Of a stretch of 20,000 nt of DNA, positions 1 through 6,750 are shown in pieces. The notes under the pieces are model-generated. The model searched no databases. It was not told the DNA's origin and worked only from the letters and a program-made list of their open reading frames with translations. The stretch spans positions 44,556 to 64,555 of IMG/VR virus record IMGVR_UViG_2773857995_000001. One strand, given 5' to 3'. Position 1 is the first letter of the stretch; each line of letters begins with the position of its first letter. A program made the position numbers and the translations under genes. Source of the stretch: an uncultured virus (IMG/VR IMGVR_UViG_2773857995_000001) (Duplodnaviria; Heunggongvirae; Uroviricota; Caudoviricetes).

Positions 1-255
1 AAAGAATGGCTTGCACAAGTTGATGACAATTACGGAAGCAAAATCGTATTCGGACTTCCGTTGCCGGAAGATCAAAAGGCTCTCGTCGAACAGTTAGGCG
101 AAGAAATCGCCAACGAAATGGAATCGATTAAGGGCGCAATCGTCCGGAGCGGCAAGGATAATCCGGAAGCCAAATTTATGGAGATTTTACAAGAACGAAA
201 TCTGAAAAAACAGGCCGAAGATCCTTATAACGCAGCACAAGAATCAAACGAATAA
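1..255 (+). CDS. Phage portal protein, C-terminal fragment (5' truncated by the window)
   Basis: Frame 1 is open from base 1 (KEWLAQVDDNYGSKIVFGLPLPEDQKALVEQ...ESIKGAI...) to TAA at 253-255. The 'I.F..PLP.D' pattern and the position just upstream of scaffold and capsid fit SPP1 gp6-like portal C-termini. Confidence 0.7.
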   Translation, partial: KEWLAQVDDNYGSKIVFGLPLPEDQKALVEQLGEEIANEMESIKGAIVRSGKDNPEAKFMEILQERNLKKQAEDPYNAAQESNE

Positions 256-343
256 CAACGCTCTTGACCTACGGTATTGTCGGTAAACTGCCGGTTGTTG
301 TTATTCGTAATCTACAGTCTACTCGGACTTTAAACGTGGAGGT
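248..343 (+). promoter_or_regulatory. Structured cis-RNA leader of the scaffold gene (long stem enclosing a pseudoknot-like element, plus a second small hairpin next to the RBS)
   Basis: Perfect 12-bp inverted repeat ACGAATAACAAC (248-259)/GTTGTTATTCGT (297-308). It encloses stem TGAC(265-268)/GTCG(279-282), whose loop CGGTA(272-276) can pair with TGCCG(289-293) after a GTAAAC linker. A second AGTC(316-319)/GACT(326-329)-TTAAAC element directly precedes SD GGAGGT (338-343). Confidence 0.55.
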
Positions 344-348
344 ACGAT

Positions 349-1074
349 ATGCCAAAATTTTTACCTTTAAACCTACAGTTTTTTGCGGAACAAACAGAAC
401 CGGAAGATCCTAATGCTCAACCTACGGCTGGGGAGCCGGAACCAAAACCGACAGAGCAACCGAAGACACCGGAAAAGACGTTCACACAGGCTGAACTCGA
501 CGAAATTCTTAACAAGCGTCTTGAGCGCGAGAAAAAGAAGCAAGCCGAACTCGAAGAAAAAGCGAAACGGCTTGAAGAGTTAGAAAAGGCTGAAGAGGAA
601 CGCAAAAAAGCGGAAATGTCCGAAACTGAACGACTTCGAGCCGAAAAAGAAGAAGCGGATAAAAAGGCGGAAGAAGCAGCAGAGGCGGCTAAAAAAGCGA
701 AGGAAACGGCCAATCAGCGAATCATCAATACGGAGCTTCGCGCAATCGCTCGATCTCTTAACGCAAACGATCCGAACCAAGTCCTCGCGCTACTCGATAA
801 ATCTGCGGTCGAAATTGACGAAGATGGCAACGTAAAAGGAGCCGAAGAAGTGGTCGCTGCTTTTAAAGAGTCAAGTCCGTGGATGTTTAAGCAGCCGATC
901 GGGGCCGATGCGTCTGGAGGAAGTAACCCGGCCAAAACCAACATTCAAACGGAGATTGTCGCGAAAGAGAAAGAATTGGACGAAACGAAAAAATTAGCGC
1001 TTAAAAATCCGCGTTATCTCGGAAAAGTAACGAAGCTCTACAACGAACTTCGAGAGCTAAAAAACAAACGGTAA
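349..1074 (+). CDS. Capsid scaffolding protein (DUF4355/Phage_GP20-like) with N-terminal Prp cleavage motif
   Basis: SD GGAGGT. N-terminus MPKFLPLNLQFFAE, Pro/Glu-rich linker, 'KTFTQAELDEILNKRLERE' scaffold motif, long charged coiled coil, 'PWMFK' motif. Lies between portal and capsid. Confidence 0.88.
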   Translation: MPKFLPLNLQFFAEQTEPEDPNAQPTAGEPEPKPTEQPKTPEKTFTQAELDEILNKRLEREKKKQAELEEKAKRLEELEKAEEERKKAEMSETERLRAEKEEADKKAEEAAEAAKKAKETANQRIINTELRAIARSLNANDPNQVLALLDKSAVEIDEDGNVKGAEEVVAAFKESSPWMFKQPIGADASGGSNPAKTNIQTEIVAKEKELDETKKLALKNPRYLGKVTKLYNELRELKNKR

Positions 1075-1077
1075 TTC

Positions 1078-1101
1078 AGTCGCCTTTATGGCGGCTTTTT
1101 T
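1078..1101 (+). terminator. Intrinsic terminator-like hairpin between scaffold and major capsid genes
   Basis: AGTCGCC-TTTAT-GGCGGCT followed by a T-run. Confidence 0.6.
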
Positions 1102-1132
1102 AATTACAAAAAAATCTTAGGGGGATTTATTC

Positions 1133-2257
1133 ATGGCAGTTGCACAAACGTATGATTTCCAGCAACAAGTTCGTGATATGCAAGCGAACGTAGACTTAAT
1201 TCTTACGAAGGCTCCGGTTCTTTTCGGTTTGATTGGAACAGGTGAATCCCTAACGCAAACCAAATTCGAATGGCAGAACGATTACCTGAACAGCGACACA
1301 GCAATTGCTAAAGATGCCGCAGCGGCCGACGCAACCGAGATCCAACTAGACGCAGGCGACGCCCGCAAATTTACAGAGAACGCACTTGTACAAAACGGTC
1401 TCGAAGTATTGCGAGTAACAAAAGTCGACGAAGCTGCCGACAAAATTACGGTCCAACGTGGATATGACGCGACTACTCCAGAAGCCATCGAAGCAAACGG
1501 TGAGCTGAAGGTTATCTCTCGTCCTCGTCCAGAAGGTGAGTCCGTGCTTAGAAAGAACGAAATCAATGACCGTATTGTATCGTTCAACTACTCTCAAATT
1601 TTCACGCGTTACGCTTCCGTTTCTCGTACGCAACAACAAGTTAATACTTACGGAGTTGCTGACGAGCTTGACTACCAGGTTAACTTGCGTTTACAAGAGA
1701 TGGTTCGCGAAATTAACAACTCTCTAATCTATGGACGTAAATACCAAGGGTCTGATCTGCAACCTCGTACATCAGGTGGATTATTTGCGTTTGCTCAAGA
1801 GCAAGGATCTGCTTCAAAAGATTTCGGAGGTAAGGAAATCACAGCAAAAGGCTTGAACGATGCTATCGAAGAAACTTTCAAACGCGGCGGACGTGTGAAC
1901 ACAATTCTTTGTGCGCCGAACGTTTCTCGTCAGATCACTAAACTTGCGGGCGATACTATCCGTACAACTCGCGGAGAGGGCCAAGTCGGTTATCAGATCA
2001 TGTCCTTCATGAGTGATCTTCCTGGCGGCGCAGTTTCTCAAGTCGTTGTCGATCAAAACATGCCTAAAGATCGTGCAGTGTTGCTTGATCTTGACAATAT
2101 CAAAGCGCGCTACCTGACTTCTATTTACGACCAAGATGCTACAGAACCGGGCGCTGACTACTTCGCGCGTGTAATCCGTGGTGAACTTGGTTTCGAAATC
2201 AAAAACGCAAAAGAGTCAGTAGCAATCCTTTCCGGAATCTCTAAAACTGTTTCCTAA
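1133..2257 (+). CDS. Major capsid protein (HK97 fold, DUF5309/SU10-like family)
   Basis: 374 aa directly after the scaffold, with SD AGGGGG. Motifs 'TKFEWQND.L', 'EG', 'NYSQIF...ASVSRTQQ', 'ELDYQV..RLQE..REIN.SLIYG', 'PRTSGGL' and 'GELGFEIKN' are typical of DUF5309 capsids. Followed by a strong terminator. Confidence 0.88.
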   Translation: MAVAQTYDFQQQVRDMQANVDLILTKAPVLFGLIGTGESLTQTKFEWQNDYLNSDTAIAKDAAAADATEIQLDAGDARKFTENALVQNGLEVLRVTKVDEAADKITVQRGYDATTPEAIEANGELKVISRPRPEGESVLRKNEINDRIVSFNYSQIFTRYASVSRTQQQVNTYGVADELDYQVNLRLQEMVREINNSLIYGRKYQGSDLQPRTSGGLFAFAQEQGSASKDFGGKEITAKGLNDAIEETFKRGGRVNTILCAPNVSRQITKLAGDTIRTTRGEGQVGYQIMSFMSDLPGGAVSQVVVDQNMPKDRAVLLDLDNIKARYLTSIYDQDATEPGADYFARVIRGELGFEIKNAKESVAILSGISKTVS

Positions 2258-2262
2258 TTAAC

Positions 2263-2289
2263 GGGGCCTTTCGAGGCCCTTTTTATTTT
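2263..2289 (+). terminator. Rho-independent terminator after major capsid
   Basis: GGGGCCT-TTCG-AGGCCCT followed by TTTTATTTT. Confidence 0.85.
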
Positions 2290-2308
2290 GAAAGGGGTGA
2301 GGCCGTAA

Positions 2309-2728
2309 ATGGCTTTAAGTAATGAAGACGTACAACGATTGAACCTTATTTCACCGGCTGCAAACGATTTGAAACTCGGTGATATTATCCAAAGTTTGCT
2401 CGCGGCATCCGGAGGTCCTGCCGAAATTCCAGACGGATCTATCACAACCGAAAAACTAGCGGATGGCGCGGTCCTTAACGCTAAGATCGGCGACGGCTCC
2501 GTACAAAACCGGAACATTGGAACCGGAAGCGTTCAAGAAAACAATCTCGGCGCTAAGTCGGTTACTATGGCGAAACTAGGCGACGACGTAACCGCAGCAT
2601 TAGACGCAAAACTAACCGCATCCAAAGCGGCTACACAAGCGAACAGCACAGCTACAGACGTTGCCGGCATTGTTGCCGACTTTAACGCATTACTTGCGAA
2701 ACTTAAAACGGCGAAGTTGATGGCGTAA
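2309..2728 (+). CDS. Head fibre / capsid decoration protein
   Basis: Five 10-aa repeats (DGSITTEKLA, DGAVLNAKIG, DGSVQNRNIG, TGSVQENNLG, AKSVTMAKLG). The C-terminus 'ATQANSTATDVAGIVADFNALLAKLKTAKLMA' resembles the phage head-fibre domain. Immediately downstream of the capsid gene. Confidence 0.7.
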   Translation: MALSNEDVQRLNLISPAANDLKLGDIIQSLLAASGGPAEIPDGSITTEKLADGAVLNAKIGDGSVQNRNIGTGSVQENNLGAKSVTMAKLGDDVTAALDAKLTASKAATQANSTATDVAGIVADFNALLAKLKTAKLMA

Positions 2729-2919
2729 TGGCGGAATATAAGACGTTACCAAACTACGAATTTAGCAGAGAAGGTCTATACATCGTCTTTAACGGATACG
2801 GCGTTTATAAAACGAATGTTGAAAAGGAGATCGAAGCGCTCGATAAATGCGCACCGTTCATTCAGCGTGTGGATAAACCGGCGGCCAAGCCGAAAGCAGC
2901 GGCTAAACCGAAAAAATAA
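2728..2919 (+). CDS. Small hypothetical head-region protein with Lys/Ala-rich tail
   Basis: TAATG overlap with the previous gene; 63 aa ending KPAAKPKAAAKPKK; fills the gap in the operon. Confidence 0.65.
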   Translation: MAEYKTLPNYEFSREGLYIVFNGYGVYKTNVEKEIEALDKCAPFIQRVDKPAAKPKAAAKPKK

Positions 2920-2933
2920 CGGAGGTGATTCAT

Positions 2934-3272
2934 GTGGCGGTTGAAGATCGACTAAGAACGCGTTTATCACGAGTGCCGGGCGTCACAGCGGATGACATCG
3001 CCGCATGGACTGCCGAAGCTGTTAAGGAAAGCGGCCTGAATCCGGAAGAACACGAAAATGCCGTGCTGTTTTGCGCACTCGGAATCGCCTATGAAACGAT
3101 TGCGTCGGAAGCAGCTCGGTTTTTTAGTTTCGGAGATGGTGAGGAAACGATCGACAAGACGAATATCTTTGCGAATTACTCGCAGCTTGCGAAAGACGCG
3201 AAGAAAGATTTCCGTAAGCAACTCCGATTACTGACGAGTCAAAGCTTCGCACCAAGGGCGGATGGGCGATGA
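2934..3272 (+). CDS. Head-tail adaptor / connector protein (SPP1 gp15-like position)
   Basis: GTG at 2934 lies 8 nt after GGAGG (2921-2925), a better start than 2925. About 112 aa, helical, with 'FSFGDGEETIDK' beta-hairpin-like motif. Function assigned mainly from synteny. Confidence 0.6.
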   Translation: MAVEDRLRTRLSRVPGVTADDIAAWTAEAVKESGLNPEEHENAVLFCALGIAYETIASEAARFFSFGDGEETIDKTNIFANYSQLAKDAKKDFRKQLRLLTSQSFAPRADGR

Positions 3273-4078
3273 GTAAGCAGGCGGAACTAGAACGACAGCT
3301 TAAAAAGGTGTCGATGGAATATCGAAAGTTTAACGCAGAGCAACAGGAGTTTGCGATTAAGGAGATCGGCCGGATTCGGTTAGAAATTATCGACATGCTC
3401 TCGGAGTACAGCGGCAGCGACGGAACTATTAAGAAGCAGCGTTTGAACAAACTACTTCGTGAGCTTGAGTCGATAGAAAAACTCGTACGGGATACCGGCA
3501 TGGATGCGCTAAGCAAAGTTATCTCGGAGACGGCATCATTTACGAACGACGGGATCAAAAAATCGCTATCGGACGTTGTTGGTGCCGCAGCGATCTCCGG
3601 AGTTGCTTTCGATAAGATCAACAAAAACGTGCTGCGATACATGATCAACCGTCTAGGGGCCGATGATCTCGTTTTATCCGATCGTGTTTGGAACTTTGCC
3701 GGTGATCAGCGCGCCGAGCTCACAAAGGTTATTCGGTCCGGAATTATCCGGGGAGATTCGGTTAATACGATCAGCGCAAACGTGCGGAAAGTCTACGACA
3801 ATGATGCGTGGAAGATACGACGTTTAGTTGTGACGGAAGGGAATACGGCGCATCGCGTCGCTACGGCCTATTCTGCGCAACAAAGCCAAGTCGTTAAGGC
3901 GGTTCGGGTTCATCGCGGGAAGGCAAACCGTCCGGACCACCGATGTACGCAGCTCGAACTCGAAGACCGTTACGGAATGGGACCCGGCCTATACAAACCG
4001 ACCGATTCCGAAATCTACATGATGCACATTAATTGCACCGGGTACCTGACGTATGAAATCGATCCGAAATACCTTTAG
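3269..4078 (+). CDS. MuF / SPP1 gp7-like minor head (morphogenesis) protein
   Basis: ATGA overlap. Motifs 'LSDRVW', 'I.SGII.G.S', 'RRLVVTEGNTAH', a Cys ('HRCTQL') and terminal 'MHINCTGYL', a variant of the MuF HPNCRC motif. Confidence 0.75.
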   Translation: MSKQAELERQLKKVSMEYRKFNAEQQEFAIKEIGRIRLEIIDMLSEYSGSDGTIKKQRLNKLLRELESIEKLVRDTGMDALSKVISETASFTNDGIKKSLSDVVGAAAISGVAFDKINKNVLRYMINRLGADDLVLSDRVWNFAGDQRAELTKVIRSGIIRGDSVNTISANVRKVYDNDAWKIRRLVVTEGNTAHRVATAYSAQQSQVVKAVRVHRGKANRPDHRCTQLELEDRYGMGPGLYKPTDSEIYMMHINCTGYLTYEIDPKYL

Positions 4079-4093
4079 AAAGGCGGTGGCTGC

Positions 4094-4483
4094 GTGATTG
4101 ATTCGTATGATATTGCATTTATGAAACAAGCGCGTGAAGATATGGTCGGCGGTCGGATGCATGAGATTGCGGTAATTTATGAGGCGGGATTCACCAACGA
4201 TCCGATTACTGACGAGAAGAAACCGGTATATGACGAGATAAAGATCCCGTCCGTAGTTACCGAAATCAGTTCGGAGGTCAAGATCGATCGACAACTTCTG
4301 GATAGTATCGATGTAGAGGGCGGAGACATCTGGTTTTCTATTGCTATCGACCTGATCGCGGATATTTACGAAAATATCAAACGCGTTATCTATGACGGAA
4401 AAAATTACGAGGTCCTTTCGAAAGACAAGAAAGGAATCGGCGAACGGAATCATGCGGAGTTCGTTGGGAGGCGGATAACGTGA
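4094..4483 (+). CDS. Head closure / stopper-like protein
   Basis: GTG start with SD AAGGCGGTGG. 129 aa, beta-rich, 'RVIYDGKNYEVL' motif typical of head-tail joining proteins; synteny. Confidence 0.6.
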   Translation: MIDSYDIAFMKQAREDMVGGRMHEIAVIYEAGFTNDPITDEKKPVYDEIKIPSVVTEISSEVKIDRQLLDSIDVEGGDIWFSIAIDLIADIYENIKRVIYDGKNYEVLSKDKKGIGERNHAEFVGRRIT

Positions 4484-4836
4484 GGAACGGAAGGGTTCGT
4501 ATTGATATAGAGGGTGTTAACCGAGTAGTTCGCGCCTTGGAATACGAAGGTCTTGTCCGCGATATCAGTAACACGACCGAGGCATACACACGAAAGATGG
4601 CGAATGAATCTGCGGGTTATGCTCCGGTTAAGACCGGTAAGCTGCGCAATTCTATCGCCGCAAGTCCGGAAGAAATCGACCAAACGACGTGGGAGTATGG
4701 TTCAGACGTAGATTATGCGAAGATTCAAGAATATACGAACAAAACGCACAAAGCGTTCATTAGAAAAACCGTTTGGAACAACGAGCTGCCATATACGGAG
4801 AAAATAAACAGTCTTGTCCGTCAGTTAGGGCGGTGA
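4480..4836 (+). CDS. HK97 gp10-like tail component
   Basis: Signature 'APVKTGKLRNSI', 'DVDYAKIQEY', 'KAFIR'; GTGA overlap. Confidence 0.8.
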   Translation: MRNGRVRIDIEGVNRVVRALEYEGLVRDISNTTEAYTRKMANESAGYAPVKTGKLRNSIAASPEEIDQTTWEYGSDVDYAKIQEYTNKTHKAFIRKTVWNNELPYTEKINSLVRQLGR

Positions 4837-5273
4837 TTATTACGAAACAGATCGATTTACAATATTCGATTAAGCAACACCTCGCGGAAAAGACCGGATA
4901 TAAAGTCGTCTGGATTTATGATGGCGTTACATTGCCGGAAACGAAACCGTTTATCACGATCGAGCAAATGCAAAATAACACGTCGATGCTTGCGAAATTA
5001 CGTGAGACAGTCCGTACAATCTACCACTTTCAAGTCGGAGTTTACGCTAATTCAGCGACAGAACGAGCGGACGTTCAGGAGACAGTTCGAAAGATTTTTC
5101 TGTTCGATCAGTTCAAGTTAATAGATGCGGATGACCCGAGTTCTTTACTCGGGCTTTTTTGCGTGGATATGACGGCCGAGACGCCTATATCGGCCGAGGA
5201 TTTATCGGACAAAACGAGCTACCATCGGGTCTTCTTTGATATCGAAGTGGGCGCGACGTACCAGGCTTATTAA
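4833..5273 (+). CDS. Tail terminator / completion protein
   Basis: GTG at 4833 overlaps the upstream TGA (GTGA), a more plausible start than 4773. Motifs 'PFITIE', 'FQVGVYANS..ER', 'YHRVFFDIEV'. Directly precedes the tail tube gene. Confidence 0.68.
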   Translation: MIITKQIDLQYSIKQHLAEKTGYKVVWIYDGVTLPETKPFITIEQMQNNTSMLAKLRETVRTIYHFQVGVYANSATERADVQETVRKIFLFDQFKLIDADDPSSLLGLFCVDMTAETPISAEDLSDKTSYHRVFFDIEVGATYQAY

Positions 5274-5290
5274 ACAAAGGGGGAGTTAAT

Positions 5291-5761
5291 TTGGCAGTAG
5301 AATATCGCGGCGAAGAAATTATATTCGCGGTCGTCATTGATGACGGTACCGGCGAAAAACTTGTGAGGCCGTTTAACCAAACGAGCGGATCAACGAACAC
5401 TGAAGCAGATTCTATCGATCTTGATACAAAGGATAAGACTGGAAGTGACTACGGAAAAGTCACTCAATCCGTATCTTTCGAAGGCGTCATCACTGAAGGC
5501 GATCCATTTGTTAAGGCGATGAAAAAGAAAATCCGAAATAAAGAATTCGTAAAAATTTACGAAATTGATACTCGTACAAAAGAAGCGGAAGTCGGGATGT
5601 ACATGATTTCTTCTTTCGAGCGCGAGTTTAGTAATGGAGACTTCGCGACTTACTCACTTGAGGGATCGCTAAACGGTGAAATTACCGAACAGACACTGAC
5701 GGAGATTCCGACGGGTGCGCCTAGCTCGGACACAAGCAACCCAACGCCTACCACTCCCTAA
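5291..5761 (+). CDS. Major tail (tube) protein, TP901-1/SPP1 gp17.1-like
   Basis: TTG start with SD AAAGGGGGAG. Motifs 'QTSGS....ADSIDLDTKD', 'SVSFEG', 'ISSFERE.SNGDFATYSLE..LNG'. Ends in a Pro/Thr linker and CCC TAA. Confidence 0.88.
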   Translation: MAVEYRGEEIIFAVVIDDGTGEKLVRPFNQTSGSTNTEADSIDLDTKDKTGSDYGKVTQSVSFEGVITEGDPFVKAMKKKIRNKEFVKIYEIDTRTKEAEVGMYMISSFEREFSNGDFATYSLEGSLNGEITEQTLTEIPTGAPSSDTSNPTPTTP

Positions 5762-6011
5762 TGCGCCCCAAAATCTATCATACACAGCTACGGCAGATAG
5801 CGTAACGGTGAAATGGGACTCGGTAGATGGGGCGACATCATACAAAGTTTATAGAGGAGAGGCCAAAAACTTAGATGCTGAAGTAACTGGACCGCCTCAT
5901 ACATTGACCGGCATCGCGGCGGATACGCAGCTCACGGTTAACGTAACCGCAGTTAATGCTGCCGGAGAATCGCCAATGAGCGAGATCGTTACTCGCACCA
6001 CAGCATCCTAA
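5291..6011 (+). CDS. Extended tail tube protein with C-terminal fibronectin type III domain, made by +1 programmed frameshift (about 239 aa)
   Basis: CCC-TAA at 5756-5761. The +1 frame continues CCT AAT GCG CCC CAA = PNAPQNLSYTATADSVTVKWDSVDGATSYKVYR...VTAVNAAGES, an FN3 signature. The +1 ORF has no own RBS. Same mechanism as SPP1 gp17.1/17.1*. Confidence 0.85.
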
Positions 6012-6023
6012 TTAAACAAATTC

Positions 6024-6048
6024 GGGGCGCCTTTCGGGCGTCCTTTTT
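6024..6048 (+). terminator. Rho-independent terminator after tail tube/FN3
   Basis: GGGGCGCC-TTTCG-GGCGTCCT followed by TTTT. Confidence 0.8.
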
Positions 6049-6067
6049 CAATAGGAGGAATCGGAAT

Positions 6068-6433
6068 ATGGCACGTTTTGAAATCGAAGGAAACGAATAC
6101 GAACTAAAGCTAACATACGCAAGTGTTGAATACTTAAACGGACTATACAAAGGCGGCTCATTCGAATTGATCGGAAAAGCGTTGATGGGTGATCTCGAAG
6201 CCTTCCCGAATATCATTCACGCTGGACTGTTCCATACCGGAAAGAACTTCTCGATTAAAAAGGTTCGTGCGGCTATTGAAGCGGCTATCTCCGAAGAAAA
6301 GCTCGATATGGACGAAATTATGAAACTTTCAAACGAGGTTGTTTCTAAAAGTTTTTTCTACAAGAAGACGGTCGAGAAACTTCTGAAGAAAGATCCACAA
6401 GCATCGGAAATGCTAGCGGACTTTCTGAAATAG
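6068..6433 (+). CDS. Tail assembly chaperone (lambda gpG-like)
   Basis: SD AGGAGG. 'FEIEGNEYELKLTYASVEYL' N-terminus is typical of TACs. Lies between tube and tape measure genes. Confidence 0.8.
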   Translation: MARFEIEGNEYELKLTYASVEYLNGLYKGGSFELIGKALMGDLEAFPNIIHAGLFHTGKNFSIKKVRAAIEAAISEEKLDMDEIMKLSNEVVSKSFFYKKTVEKLLKKDPQASEMLADFLK

Positions 6434-6735
6434 AAGAAGTCTTCCACGCCGGCTGGCGTTTTCTTGGGAAGTCTCCGGATGAAATTCGAAAGCTAACTCC
6501 CCGTGAATTCTACGTTTTGTTAGACGCAGAACAGGAGCGGAAGTATGACCGTTTCGAAGAGCATGCGCTAACCGCAATGATGATCGGAAAAGTCAACAAC
6601 GCGCGGAAACGCATTAAACTCAGCGACCTATTCAAACGCCCGGAAAAAGCGGACGTATCAACGCAAAAAGCCGAGAATCTGTACGAGAAGCAGCAGAAAG
6701 CCAGCGAATGGTTGTCGCAGTTTGAAATCAAATAA
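6068..6735 (+). CDS. Frameshifted tail assembly chaperone (gpGT-like, about 222 aa) via -1 slip
   Basis: Slippery heptamer T-TTT-TTC at 6352-6358. The -1 frame opens just after TAA (6346-6348) and runs to 6735, reading ...EEVFHAGWRFLGKSPDEIRKLTPREFYVLL..., a gpT-like motif. Confidence 0.75.
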
Positions 6736-6750
6736 GAAAGGAGGGGCTAA

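Noticed and set aside
2249..2308. Frameshift fusing capsid to the head-fibre gene at GTT TCC TAA
   Set aside because: The +1 frame stops after two codons (CCT AAT TAA). The -1 frame is not the head-fibre frame and stops shortly. A strong terminator intervenes, and the fibre gene has its own RBS.
5715..6011. 98-aa ORF as a stand-alone gene
   Set aside because: No RBS before GTG 5715, and the first 14 codons overlap the tube gene. Better explained as the +1 extension.
6517..6735. 72-aa ORF as a stand-alone gene
   Set aside because: No SD before TTG 6517. The frame is open back to 6349 and contains the gpT-like motif upstream of this start.
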